Virus record (IMG/VR): IMGVR_UViG_3300031851_006073
Location: 1-60,799 of that record
Length of the DNA stretch: 60,799 nucleotides
Strand: one strand, 5' to 3'
Origin: a virus
Taxonomy: Duplodnaviria > Caudoviricetes
Part shown: piece after piece, positions 9,522 to 19,609 of the stretch
Position numbering within the stretch: the stretch's first letter is position 1
Layout: the number at the start of each line of letters is the position of its first letter
The notes under the pieces: generated by a model
Databases searched by the model: none
The model's input: only the letters and a program-made list of their open reading frames with translations
Told to the model about the DNA's origin: nothing
Position numbers and translations under genes: made by a program

Positions 9522-10614
9522 AGATATTCAAACGACAGATCAGATAGCGAAATTTTTATCCGACAAAGATAACCAAAAGTACCACTACAATTTTCATCAT
9601 GCTGACGATTATAAAATACCAAGCGGCAGCCTTAATTTAGATATTGCGCTAGGCGGAGGATTACCTAGTGGTGCGCACAGATTCACAGGGATCAACGAGG
9701 GGGGCAAAACTAGTTGCGCTATGGCATTCGCAAGAAACTTTCAGAAATATTTTGGAAAAAAAGGCATGATTATATACATAAAAAGCGAAGGTAGATTTAG
9801 CGCAGAAATGATCGAGAGGTCTGGCATAGATACTGATCCTGAAAAATTCTTTTGCTTCGATTGTAATATTTTTGAAAAAGTTTTTGAATTAATCAGGGAG
9901 CTCGTCTTCGAAAATAAAGATGATAAAAAATACATGTTCATTATTGATAGCGTTGATGCTTTATGCAGGATTGGAGACATAGATAAACCTTTTGCAGAGT
10001 CAGAGCAGGTAGCGGGAGGAGCCTTAATCACGTCTGTCTTCTTAAAAAAAATGGTCCTCCCAATCTCAAAAATGGGACATACAATGATTTTAACAAGTCA
10101 AGTTCGTGTTGAAGTTGCAACAAACCCATACGCAGCTAGAGGCGGACCAAAAGTCAAGCAGGCAGGCGGCAACGCCATCAAACATTATGCCAACTTCATT
10201 CTCGAGTTTGAAGAAAGGTATACTTCAGACTTAATATTTAAAAATCCTACAGCCACAAAATTAGACGATAAAGGAGAACCTATTGGGCATTATTGCAAAA
10301 TAAAATTCAGGAAAAGCGTGAACGAAAAAACAGGATCTACTGCAAGGTACCCTATTAAATACGGACAAAAAAACGGCAGGTCTGTTTGGAGAGCTAGGGA
10401 AATTTTGGACATGTTATATCTATTTAACCTAATAGAAAAAAAAGGTGCATGGATATCTATATCTGAAGACTTAATTAAAGAACTTTTAGATAAAAAATTA
10501 GAAATAAATGAAAAATTTCAGGGAGAGCAAAGGCTAATAGATTTCCTGGAAGAAAGTGAAAAGCTTTCTGATTTTCTGTATGAAGACTTTAAAAATTTAA
10601 CCAATGCGCTTTAA
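9508..10614 (+). CDS. recA: RecA/UvsX-like recombinase
   Basis: IPSGSLNLDIALGGGLP, Walker A GINEGGKT, Walker B FIIDS, GGNAIKHYA. Confidence 0.92.
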   Translation: MSKTKDIQTTDQIAKFLSDKDNQKYHYNFHHADDYKIPSGSLNLDIALGGGLPSGAHRFTGINEGGKTSCAMAFARNFQKYFGKKGMIIYIKSEGRFSAEMIERSGIDTDPEKFFCFDCNIFEKVFELIRELVFENKDDKKYMFIIDSVDALCRIGDIDKPFAESEQVAGGALITSVFLKKMVLPISKMGHTMILTSQVRVEVATNPYAARGGPKVKQAGGNAIKHYANFILEFEERYTSDLIFKNPTATKLDDKGEPIGHYCKIKFRKSVNEKTGSTARYPIKYGQKNGRSVWRAREILDMLYLFNLIEKKGAWISISEDLIKELLDKKLEINEKFQGEQRLIDFLEESEKLSDFLYEDFKNLTNAL

Positions 10615-11014
10615 GACTTTAAGCGGAGCAGAAAGAACAGTCAAAAAAGCTAAAAACTACTTGATAGACTGGGATAAGCCAAGCCGCAGTAAAATACAAT
10701 TTAACGTTAAAAAATTTCTATACAAGTACTGGAAAAACTATATCGTCTTCGAGGAATTTCCTGTTGCAGGAACGAGGCTTTCTTTAGATTTTTATAATGC
10801 AAATAAAAAAATAGCGATAGAAGTTCAAGGTAAGCAACATACAAAATACGTGCCATTCTTTCATGGTAAAAATAAAATTAATTATATCAATCAACTACAG
10901 CGAGATAGAGATAAATTAAAGTTTTGCGAAATAAATAAAGTTCAACTTATAGAAATTTACGATGGAGACTCTGTAGACGAAAAACTTTTTAAAAGTTTTG
11001 GCGTTCACCTGTAG
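10604..11014 (+). CDS. PD-(D/E)XK endonuclease (Vsr/DUF559-like)
   Basis: LDFY...IAIEVQGKQH...RDRDK motif. Confidence 0.75.
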   Translation: MRFKTLSGAERTVKKAKNYLIDWDKPSRSKIQFNVKKFLYKYWKNYIVFEEFPVAGTRLSLDFYNANKKIAIEVQGKQHTKYVPFFHGKNKINYINQLQRDRDKLKFCEINKVQLIEIYDGDSVDEKLFKSFGVHL

Positions 11015-11017
11015 TTG

Positions 11018-11022
11018 GTGTA
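11018..11022 (+). promoter_or_regulatory. GTGTA motif
   Basis: 11 nt before ATG 11034. Confidence 0.55.
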
Positions 11023-11033
11023 CTATATATAGT

Positions 11034-11315
11034 ATGAGTGACGAATTTATCGATCCGGATAATTTATCAAAATTTAATTTACCGGAAAACATTATCAGTC
11101 AATTATTTGAATTTTCTGGTTCAAACGGAGGAGATAGCGGCTTTATATTATCCTACGTAAACCAAGAAGGCCTGCCAGCTATCATCACTAAAGCTAATTC
11201 CCCAATAATAGAAATGGGATTAAGAAAAGCTCTAGAAGAATATTTAGACCAAATTTCCGCGCAAAACATTGAACTTAATCTCCCTCCTGATTTAGGCGAC
11301 GAAGAAACTCCTTGA
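11034..11315 (+). CDS. Acidic hypothetical protein (93 aa)
   Basis: Start moved from 10998 to ATG 11034 (MSDEFID) because of the GTGTA motif and to remove the overlap. Confidence 0.65.
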   Translation: MSDEFIDPDNLSKFNLPENIISQLFEFSGSNGGDSGFILSYVNQEGLPAIITKANSPIIEMGLRKALEEYLDQISAQNIELNLPPDLGDEETP

Positions 11316-11340
11316 CTTTAGTTATTTCGTGTGATACCAT
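11312..11340 (+). promoter_or_regulatory. sigma70-type promoter (leaderless dnaB)
   Basis: TTGACT-N17-TACCAT with TG extension; ATG 6 nt later. Confidence 0.7.
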
Positions 11341-11346
11341 AGAGTT

Positions 11347-12861
11347 ATGGTATATTCATATGAATTAGAACAACACTTGATCGCAGGCTTAATAAAGCAT
11401 CCGGAAACATATCCGTTAATAGCTTCCTTTATAGACGCCTCAGATTTTTTTGATCAAAACACAATCGTAAATAAAACAATATTTTCTGTGCTAAGGCAAA
11501 ACCTTGAAAAAGGAGATTCCATAGACGAAGTTATTCTTACTCAAAAAGTTCAATCCTTAAACATATCTTTTGAAGATAATATAAATATATCTGATTATAT
11601 AAAAGCCTTATCTCTTAGGCAAATTTCAAAAGACGGAGTATTGAAAGTTTCTCAAGAATTAAAAAAGATTACCGTAAGAAGAGAGATTCACAACTCCTCT
11701 TTGGAAGTAGCAAAAAGTATGAAATCTCTACCTGGCGACGCCTCATTTGACGATATCGTGAGCCAAGCGGATAAAATATATAATGATAAAATAAATCTAT
11801 ATGAAATGGGATCGAATAAGCCCGAAAATCTTTTTGACGGAATGGAAGACTTTATTGAGGACCGAGGAAATAACCCGATCGACGAGTTTGGCCTAATGGG
11901 GCCTCACCAAAGGGTAAATGATCTTTACGGCTCTTTGCTTCGCCCAGGAAACATAACCGTTGTTGTCGCAAGGGCGGGTGTAGGCAAAACGCAATTCTGT
12001 ATGGACTTTTGCACCAAAGTTTCAGAAATGAATAATCACATACCCGTTTTGCATTTCGACAACGGAGAAATGAGCAAGGAAGAACTTATAATAAGGCAAT
12101 GCTCCGCCCTTTCAGGCGTCCCCATGCATTTGCTAGAAACTGGCAGATGGAGACAAGCTGGCGAAGAAATCGTGAACAAAGTAAGAAAAACTTGGAACAA
12201 AATCAAAAATTTTAAATTTTATTATTACAATGTAGCCGGGCACAGCATAGATAGCATGCTAAATATAATAAGAAGATTCTACTTTTCAGAAATAGGTAGA
12301 GGCAATAAAATGATATTTAGTTTCGACTATATTAAAACAACATACGAGAGACAAAACGGCGCAACCTCATGGGAAACGGTTGGAAGAATGGTTGATAAAT
12401 TTAAGCAATTAATTCAAAAAGAGCTTTGCTTCAATGATGCTCCTGCAGTAGCTATGCTTACCAGCGTTCAAAGCAACAGGTTGGGAATAACAAATAATCG
12501 TAGAGCTGAAAATGTAGTTGACGACGAAAGCATTGTTTCTCTATCAGATCAAATAACCCAATTTTGCTCGCACCTTTTCTTGCTGAGGCAAAAAACAATG
12601 GATGAAATCCAATCCGAGCCAGAAGATTTCGGAACTCATAAATTGATATGCCTTAAGTATCGCTGGTTAGGGAAAGATGTTCATAGAGCTCTTCAACCCG
12701 TAGAAATGCCGGACGGAAGTAAAAGAAAAAATTATATCAATTTACACATGGAGAACTTCGCCCTAGAAGAAAAGGGGGATCTTCAAGATTTAGTTGACCA
12801 TATGGATTCGGAGGGAGTAGAGGCTCTTGAAGGGTTCGCGGATGACCTTCCAAATATTTAA
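11347..12861 (+). CDS. dnaB: DnaB-family replicative helicase
   Basis: N-terminal DnaB domain (ELEQHLIAGLI), ARAGVGKT, GEM, FDYI, QSNR motifs. Confidence 0.9.
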   Translation: MVYSYELEQHLIAGLIKHPETYPLIASFIDASDFFDQNTIVNKTIFSVLRQNLEKGDSIDEVILTQKVQSLNISFEDNINISDYIKALSLRQISKDGVLKVSQELKKITVRREIHNSSLEVAKSMKSLPGDASFDDIVSQADKIYNDKINLYEMGSNKPENLFDGMEDFIEDRGNNPIDEFGLMGPHQRVNDLYGSLLRPGNITVVVARAGVGKTQFCMDFCTKVSEMNNHIPVLHFDNGEMSKEELIIRQCSALSGVPMHLLETGRWRQAGEEIVNKVRKTWNKIKNFKFYYYNVAGHSIDSMLNIIRRFYFSEIGRGNKMIFSFDYIKTTYERQNGATSWETVGRMVDKFKQLIQKELCFNDAPAVAMLTSVQSNRLGITNNRRAENVVDDESIVSLSDQITQFCSHLFLLRQKTMDEIQSEPEDFGTHKLICLKYRWLGKDVHRALQPVEMPDGSKRKNYINLHMENFALEEKGDLQDLVDHMDSEGVEALEGFADDLPNI

Positions 12862-12863
12862 AA

Positions 12864-13898
12864 ATGTCTCCAGAAAAAATAAAAGAATCCCTAATAAGTT
12901 TAGGATATAAACTCGCAGACAGAGGTCCATATTGGCAGACAAACGCTGTTTTCAGAAACGGAGACAATAAGACTGCGATCCAAATCTATAAAAACACAGG
13001 GGTATGGAAAGATCATGTCCAAAATAGTTCCTTTTCGCCCTTTAAGCGCCTGGTAGAAATAACCTTAGGAACAAATGACTTGACTCAAGTCAAACAATAT
13101 ATCAACGAAGAGGATATTGGCTCAAATTACAACAAAATAACATTTTCAGAAAAATTAGAAATGGAAGAAATATACGAAGATAACTGCCTTGAAAGACTGC
13201 TGCCTCATTATAAGTTTTATAACGATAAAGGCGTATCAACTAAAAACCTGCAAAACCTAAAAGGTGGACTAGCAACAACGGGAAAACTAAACAAAAGGTT
13301 TGTTTTTCCTATATATAACGAACACAAACAGATACACGGCTTTTCCGGAAGAGATATGACGCAATCTTCGGATAGGCCGAAATGGAAACATATTGGCAGA
13401 AAAAAAAGCTGGATATACCCACTTTATGTAAATGAAGAAACAAGAGCCTCTATTGAAGAAAATCAGTCAGTTATTTTAGTAGAAAGCATTGGGGATATGC
13501 TTAATTTACACGAGTATGGGCACAAAAACGTTTTAGTAACATTCGGATTAGATGTGTCCTCCAAACTCGTCTGCTCCACCTTATCTTTAAATCCTCAAAA
13601 GATTGTAATATCTTTAAATAATGATTTTAACTCGAGTCAAAATAGGGGTCTTAACGCAAGTATAAAAAATTATTTAAAATTACTAAATTATTATAACCCA
13701 AATCAAATTTCAATATGCTTGCCGAATAAAAAAGATTTCGGAGAAATGGCCGACGAAGACTTTAATTCGTGGAACAATAAGTTATTATCTACAGAGCCAG
13801 AAAAACAAAGATCTTTCATCTTAGATAAAATAAATGAAATACATAAATCATTGCCCAAAACTTTATTAAAAAATAAAAAAATTATAGACAATGAGTGA
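12864..13898 (+). CDS. DnaG-like Toprim primase
   Basis: RFVFPI...GFSGR...PKW, VESIGD, KKDFGE; the N-terminal Zn-finger region lacks Cys. Confidence 0.8.
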   Translation: MSPEKIKESLISLGYKLADRGPYWQTNAVFRNGDNKTAIQIYKNTGVWKDHVQNSSFSPFKRLVEITLGTNDLTQVKQYINEEDIGSNYNKITFSEKLEMEEIYEDNCLERLLPHYKFYNDKGVSTKNLQNLKGGLATTGKLNKRFVFPIYNEHKQIHGFSGRDMTQSSDRPKWKHIGRKKSWIYPLYVNEETRASIEENQSVILVESIGDMLNLHEYGHKNVLVTFGLDVSSKLVCSTLSLNPQKIVISLNNDFNSSQNRGLNASIKNYLKLLNYYNPNQISICLPNKKDFGEMADEDFNSWNNKLLSTEPEKQRSFILDKINEIHKSLPKTLLKNKKIIDNE

Positions 13899-14967
13899 GT
13901 TAACAAAATTATCAGCTAGCAGAATAAAAACCGCACAAACCTGCAGTTGGACCTATTGGTGCAACTACAAACTCAAACTCCCCGATTCTGGAAATGATGG
14001 ATCAAGTCGAGGGACTATTTGTCATAATGTTTTTGAGTTGCTAGGAACAAAGCATAAGAGAGAATTTAATAAAATAGTAAAAGAGGGAACTATCTGGAAT
14101 ACAGAAGCTGTAGCGACGCAGGTTAAAAAAGAAGCTGAAGAGCTTTCTGTGAATGACTCAGAAAACCTTGATCTTATGGATGAAATGATAGTCAACGGTT
14201 TACGCTGCGACTTCTTTGGGGATAGTGAGCAGAAGCCCATAAAAGCGGAATCAGAACAATTTTTTGATTTAGAAATACACAAAGAAGAACAGGGTATTAG
14301 ATATGCAATTCGTGGATATATAGATAAACTTTTTGTATATAAAGATAACTCTGTAATTATTCGAGACTTTAAAAGCAGCAAGTCGGTATTCAAAGGTAAA
14401 GAGATCACTGATAATTTGCAAAACTTAATTTATTGTCTCGCAGTAAAACATTTAATGCCAGAGACAGATCCTCAAAGCGAATTTTTGTTCCTGAGGTTTG
14501 ATTTGGATAAAGATTTACTAGGAAACTATGGAAAAGGTTATATTCGTATGGATAAGATCACCCAAGAAGAACTGGAAGGTTTTGAACATCAATTAACGCA
14601 ATTCCAACAATACTTAGATAACTTCGATAAAAGTTCGGCAACAAGTAATTTTGCTGCAACGCAAGATTTTCCAAGAGATGGAACTTTTGGTGGGCCATTG
14701 GCTTGCGGTAAAGATGGATATAAAATGTCAAAAGGAGAACCTATTCTTGATAAAAACGGAGAACCTATTAAAGCTTTTATTTGTCCCTATCGAAAACCAA
14801 TGGAATATTATGCCTTAAAAGACTCTGAAGGAAAAATTAAAAAAACCGCTTTTATAGACAATAAACACGAATTAAAAATAGAAGATGGAGATGAAATAGT
14901 TAAAATGAATTATGAAGGATGCCCGCATTGGCAAAACAAACAGAAACTAGATGACTTCCTTGAATAA
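13891..14967 (+). CDS. Cas4/AddB-like PD-(D/E)XK exonuclease
   Basis: LSASRI...C, RGYIDKL, RDFKS, C-terminal Cys cluster (LACG, ICPY, GCP). Confidence 0.8.
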   Translation: MSELTKLSASRIKTAQTCSWTYWCNYKLKLPDSGNDGSSRGTICHNVFELLGTKHKREFNKIVKEGTIWNTEAVATQVKKEAEELSVNDSENLDLMDEMIVNGLRCDFFGDSEQKPIKAESEQFFDLEIHKEEQGIRYAIRGYIDKLFVYKDNSVIIRDFKSSKSVFKGKEITDNLQNLIYCLAVKHLMPETDPQSEFLFLRFDLDKDLLGNYGKGYIRMDKITQEELEGFEHQLTQFQQYLDNFDKSSATSNFAATQDFPRDGTFGGPLACGKDGYKMSKGEPILDKNGEPIKAFICPYRKPMEYYALKDSEGKIKKTAFIDNKHELKIEDGDEIVKMNYEGCPHWQNKQKLDDFLE

Positions 14968-15361
14968 AGGATATCATGCTGCAGGCATAGCAGTTAAGCT
15001 CAACAAACTAGTCCTCCTTGGAAGAAGAGCCGCAATTTGCCAAAACCTTGCAGGTTACTGGTCTGTTCCTTGCGGTTTGATAGAAAAAGGAGAAACTCCA
15101 GAAAATGCAGCTCGAAGAGAGTTCTTTGAAGAAACCGGAATTTGTGCCAAAAAAAATATTTCATTCATTGGCGATTTTGAAATCGCGACCCATAAATATT
15201 TCGCACTATTTTCTTTTGAGGTTAAAAATTTAATTTTTCCATCGATGTCCGCCCAAGACGCTTTTGAGCATGACGAGTGGGGCTTTTTTAAAATCGGAAA
15301 AAAAACGTTACCCAACCCAATGACGACCGAACTCATTGATTTAATAGTTAAATTAAAATGA
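14951..15361 (+). CDS. Nudix hydrolase
   Basis: Canonical box GLIEKGETPENAARREFFEETGI. Confidence 0.9.
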   Translation: MTSLNKGYHAAGIAVKLNKLVLLGRRAAICQNLAGYWSVPCGLIEKGETPENAARREFFEETGICAKKNISFIGDFEIATHKYFALFSFEVKNLIFPSMSAQDAFEHDEWGFFKIGKKTLPNPMTTELIDLIVKLK

Positions 15362-16203
15362 AAGTATTATTTGTTAGCGATTTTAATTTATCTCAAAATT
15401 ATGGCGGCGCACAGGTCAGTAACCAAGCTATAATCGACGCAGGCAAAAGCGCAGGGCACAATATAAAGCTACATACATTTGATAGTGATTATACAGATTT
15501 TTTTTGTAGCTACGACTTAATCATAAGCTCCAACTTAGAAGTGATATCCAAAAAAGATCCGGATAAATTAAATTTAATATGTAACCACAACAACCATATT
15601 AGATTAGAGCACGACTCTTGTTTTTATCTAGACAAGCAAGTTAGAAAAAATTTATTTTTATCTACGCAAAAAACTTTCTTCTTATCTGACTTTCACGCGA
15701 GTTTTTTTAAATCTTTATACGGAAATATTTTTAATAACATCGAAATTGTACCAGACCCAATAGATGAAGAGATATTCTTCGCTAAAGAAGAGGAAAAAAC
15801 ATATGACATAATTTATTGTGGATTTCTTCATGAATTAAAAGGCCTGAATAATTTAATTAAATTTGCCACAGACAATCCATCTAGAAAAATTGATGTTTTT
15901 GGTTGGGGCACAATTAACCTAGAGTCATTTTTTTTAAACTTTGACAATATAAACTTCCATGGAAGAGTTTCTCACCAAGAAACTGCAAGTATTTACAGAA
16001 AAAGTAAAGCGATATTCCACAACCCTATTGTTAATGAGCCGTTTTGCAGAATGATCGCAGAATCAATATTATGTGGAGTTAAAGAGTTTCATGGCGACAT
16101 GGCGAGAATTGGTTCTCATTTAGATTTTAAAGAAAAAGGGTTAGAACAATTTTCTGAAGAATGCAAAAACGCTCAAAATATTTTCTGGGAAAAAGTCTTA
16201 TGA
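15358..16203 (+). CDS. GT-B glycosyltransferase (GT4-like)
   Basis: MKVLFVSD...GGAQ, LHELKG, NEPFCRMIAE. Confidence 0.8.
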   Translation: MKVLFVSDFNLSQNYGGAQVSNQAIIDAGKSAGHNIKLHTFDSDYTDFFCSYDLIISSNLEVISKKDPDKLNLICNHNNHIRLEHDSCFYLDKQVRKNLFLSTQKTFFLSDFHASFFKSLYGNIFNNIEIVPDPIDEEIFFAKEEEKTYDIIYCGFLHELKGLNNLIKFATDNPSRKIDVFGWGTINLESFFLNFDNINFHGRVSHQETASIYRKSKAIFHNPIVNEPFCRMIAESILCGVKEFHGDMARIGSHLDFKEKGLEQFSEECKNAQNIFWEKVL

Positions 16204-16883
16204 TTTCAGTAATTGTGTCAGTATATAATTCGGAAAAGTTCTTGCCTGAATATTTGAAATTTGTTAATGAACAGTTTTGCGAAAACTTTGAAATTATTTT
16301 TGTTGACGCAAATTCTACAGATTCTTCGCTGGAGATAATTAAAAATTTTAACTTCAGGAGGGGTATTAGTTCTCAGGTTTTACCCGAAAAATCTAAAATC
16401 TCTATATATCAAGCGTGGAATATAGCGATTAGAGCGTCCAGAAGTAAATATATAGTAAACTGGAATACAGACGATATTCTATTTCCTTCTGCCTTGCAAA
16501 CCTATAAAGCCTACTGCACTAAATTCCCTGATGTAGATTTGTTTTATGGAGGCTGCTTTCTATGCAGAGAGCAAAATATCTCTTCCATAAATAACATTTT
16601 CATGTGGCCCGAATATAGCCACCAAACATTACTTCAAAGATGCATTTGCGGCCCTTTCCCTTTAGTTAAAAAAAGCGCAATAAAAAATGTTGGATTGTTT
16701 GACGAAAATTACATTTCAAGCGGCGATTATGATATGTGGCTCAGTTTATCAAAAAATAATTATAAATTCAAGAGAATACCAGAAATCGTTGGAAGTTTCC
16801 TTGATAGGCCCGACTCGGTATCAAAAGACAAAATAGAATTAGCCAGACAAGAAGATATTGAAATTCAAAAAAAATATGAGTAG
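16200..16883 (+). CDS. GT2 glycosyltransferase
   Basis: MISVIVSVYN, VDANSTD, NTDD, SGDYD; start at 16200 from ATGA overlap. Confidence 0.88.
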   Translation: MISVIVSVYNSEKFLPEYLKFVNEQFCENFEIIFVDANSTDSSLEIIKNFNFRRGISSQVLPEKSKISIYQAWNIAIRASRSKYIVNWNTDDILFPSALQTYKAYCTKFPDVDLFYGGCFLCREQNISSINNIFMWPEYSHQTLLQRCICGPFPLVKKSAIKNVGLFDENYISSGDYDMWLSLSKNNYKFKRIPEIVGSFLDRPDSVSKDKIELARQEDIEIQKKYE

Positions 16884-17574
16884 ACTTGGAATCATTCAAC
16901 CGGGCAGATTAGGAGACATCATTATATGTCTGCCTATAGCAAAGTATTATTTTGATCGAGGTTACCAAATATTATGGCCAGTTCTTTGCGACTATATTGA
17001 TATATTTAGAGACATAGATTATGTCGAGACGATTAATTTAAAATGTAGTATAAACAATTCGGTTCTTCGCGCGAAAGAAATATGTAAGCAAGCTCAATAT
17101 AAGGAGCTAGACCTGTCCTTCGGTTTTTTTGGGAGCTCGGCTGAGCAATACTATTCAAATACTAATTTTGCAAAAAACTTCGTTGAAGCAAAATATAAAC
17201 TATCAAATGTTCCGATTGAAGAAAGATGGAAGCTTGACTTCAAAAGAGACTATTCTCGAGAAAATTCCTTATTTAAAAAAATGATTAAGAGCTCAAGTTA
17301 TGTACTTGCTCACGAAAATTCGTCACAAGGAAACCATGTTTTTATAGATGGAGACAATATAATAAAAGCCATGCCAATTAAAGGCTACAATATTTTTAAT
17401 TGGATGCAAATCATTGAAGGGGCTGAAGAAATATATTGCATTGATAGCTCTTTTTGTAACCTGATTGAATCTCAAAAACACTTAAAAGATAAAATTAAAA
17501 AATACATCCCCGCAAAGCAATTCGCTGCAGGCTGGGGCAGAACAACCTTGGACAATAATTGGCAGATATTATGA
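16876..17574 (+). CDS. GT9/heptosyltransferase-like protein
   Basis: GRLGDIIICLP at N-terminus and CIDSS motif. Confidence 0.6.
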   Translation: MSRLGIIQPGRLGDIIICLPIAKYYFDRGYQILWPVLCDYIDIFRDIDYVETINLKCSINNSVLRAKEICKQAQYKELDLSFGFFGSSAEQYYSNTNFAKNFVEAKYKLSNVPIEERWKLDFKRDYSRENSLFKKMIKSSSYVLAHENSSQGNHVFIDGDNIIKAMPIKGYNIFNWMQIIEGAEEIYCIDSSFCNLIESQKHLKDKIKKYIPAKQFAAGWGRTTLDNNWQIL

Positions 17575-18548
17575 AATGGTTAATTTTTTCAACAATTGGT
17601 AAAAATCCTGGAGATGAATTTATAAGAGTAGGCGTAGAATACCTAATAAGCAAAATTGATGAAAACGCAATAATTAAAGTCCTCGATAAAGAAACTAGCG
17701 ATATCTATAACAGTTCTAATTTTGACAAATGCATATGGGCAGGGATGCCTGTTTTTTGGAGTTTATATTCAAACAATAACTGGGCTATTCAATGGTGGAA
17801 AAATATGACAGGACAATGGCCCTCTCAAAATAAAAATAATTTCTGCGTACTTGGTGCAGGCAGCTTTCAAGACTGGGAAAATATATATCGAGGAGCAGAC
17901 ATCGATGGATTATCTAGAAGTGCGCGGCAATTAAAAGATCATTCATTCGAGGTTGTCGCTAGAGATCCTGTAGTTAATGATATATGTAAATCAAGCTTTA
18001 AAGTATTAACTTGCCCTGCTATTTTTTCTTGCCAAAACAAACCAAAAACACAATCAATTAAAGCCTGCAACCTGATGCCAGGAGGCTCGCACTACAGAGA
18101 CTTTAACCCGAATCAATCTCAAATCTGGGACTCAATACAGAAACCTGTAGCAGATTCACTAATTAAAAATAATTTTGTTTTCTTTGCTCACAGTAATAAA
18201 GAATACCAACTTGCGCAACAGCTTGGCTGGAATCAAAAATCAATTATAAATTACAGTGGTAATACAAATTTGGTTTTAGAAAATTATAGAAATGTAGATA
18301 AGTTTTTTGGCAATCGAGTACATGGCTGCATAGTTTCTCGAGGCAATGGCGCAGATGTAATTTCGTGCGGTTACGACTCAAGGCAAGAGGCTGTCAAATT
18401 ATCTGGGGCAAAAACATTCTTACCTTCGCAGATTGATGTTCAAAAAATTTCGCAATGGGCGCAATCAGATCCTATTTTAGACAAACCAGATCTTGCTAGT
18501 CTAGAGCTTGAATATATAGACATATTAAAATCTTTTAAATATATATAA
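17571..18548 (+). CDS. Polysaccharide pyruvyl-transferase-like protein
   Basis: NPGD, VARD and NRVHG motifs; ATGA-coupled start. Confidence 0.6.
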   Translation: MKWLIFSTIGKNPGDEFIRVGVEYLISKIDENAIIKVLDKETSDIYNSSNFDKCIWAGMPVFWSLYSNNNWAIQWWKNMTGQWPSQNKNNFCVLGAGSFQDWENIYRGADIDGLSRSARQLKDHSFEVVARDPVVNDICKSSFKVLTCPAIFSCQNKPKTQSIKACNLMPGGSHYRDFNPNQSQIWDSIQKPVADSLIKNNFVFFAHSNKEYQLAQQLGWNQKSIINYSGNTNLVLENYRNVDKFFGNRVHGCIVSRGNGADVISCGYDSRQEAVKLSGAKTFLPSQIDVQKISQWAQSDPILDKPDLASLELEYIDILKSFKYI

Positions 18549-18577
18549 ATATCTACTATTCTAATTATTATCATACA

Positions 18578-19609
18578 ATGAAAAAAATTATAGTAACAGG
18601 AGTAACGGGTCAAGACGGCAGCCATATGGTTGACTATCTTCTAAAAAATACAGATTATAAAATATACGGCGCAGCGCGACGCTTAAGCGTAAAAAACCAT
18701 GAAAATATTCTGCATTTAGAAAATGAATCACGATTTGAATTGATTAATATGGACCTGAATGATGCGCATAGTATTAGAGATGTCGTTATTGATATTCAGC
18801 CAGATTATTTCATTAATTTTGCTGCACAGTCATTTGTGGCCGGAAGTTGGGATTATCCAATTCAAACATGGGACACAGATGCTGATGCAGTTTTACATAT
18901 TTTAGAGTCAATTCGTAGGTTTGCCCCAAACTGTAAATTTTATAATGCAGGTTCTTCAGAGGAATTTGGAGATGTAATTTGTAGCCCTCAAGACGAAAAC
19001 CACCCTCTCAGACCGCAAAGTCCATATGGCGCCGCGAAATGCGCAGCTAGGCATATTGTCAGGGTTTACAGGGAATCTTACAACCTGTACGCAGTTCAAG
19101 GTTGGCTATTTAATCATGAAGGATCAAGAAGGGGCTTGGATTTTGTAACAAGAAAAATTAGCCATACGGTAGCCAAAATAAAATTAGCTATAGAAGACAA
19201 AAAACAAACACCTGTTTTAAAACTCGGAAACCTAGAAGCTAAAAGAGATTGGAGCGACGCAGAAGATTTCATGGAAGGCGTTTGGCTCATGCTTAATCAA
19301 GAAGAACCTAAAAATTATGTTCTAGGCAGTGGCGAAATGCATACCGTGAGAGAGTTTTTAAATGAAACTTTAAAATGTGCAGGAATTGAATTTAAATCTT
19401 CTGGATCTGAAGATAATGAAAAATATTATACCTTAGATGGTCAATTAATTTTTGAGGTAAGCCCTAAATTCTACCGACCTGCAGAAGTTCATGAGTTATG
19501 CGGAGACTGTAATTTAGCCGAAAAAGAAATGGGGTGGATTAGGAAGACTGACTTTAAGGGTTTAGTAAAAAAAATGTATCAGAATGACTACATGCAATTA
19601 AGTCGATGA
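18578..19609 (+). CDS. gmd: GDP-mannose 4,6-dehydratase
   Basis: TGVTGQDG, AAQSFV, SPYGAAK, LFNHE, RDW, RPAEV. Confidence 0.95.
   Translation: MKKIIVTGVTGQDGSHMVDYLLKNTDYKIYGAARRLSVKNHENILHLENESRFELINMDLNDAHSIRDVVIDIQPDYFINFAAQSFVAGSWDYPIQTWDTDADAVLHILESIRRFAPNCKFYNAGSSEEFGDVICSPQDENHPLRPQSPYGAAKCAARHIVRVYRESYNLYAVQGWLFNHEGSRRGLDFVTRKISHTVAKIKLAIEDKKQTPVLKLGNLEAKRDWSDAEDFMEGVWLMLNQEEPKNYVLGSGEMHTVREFLNETLKCAGIEFKSSGSEDNEKYYTLDGQLIFEVSPKFYRPAEVHELCGDCNLAEKEMGWIRKTDFKGLVKKMYQNDYMQLSR

Noticed and set aside
13891-14967. Cas4-like gene as part of a CRISPR-Cas system
   Set aside because: No cas1/cas2 or repeat-spacer array; solo Cas4-like nucleases are common in phage replication blocks
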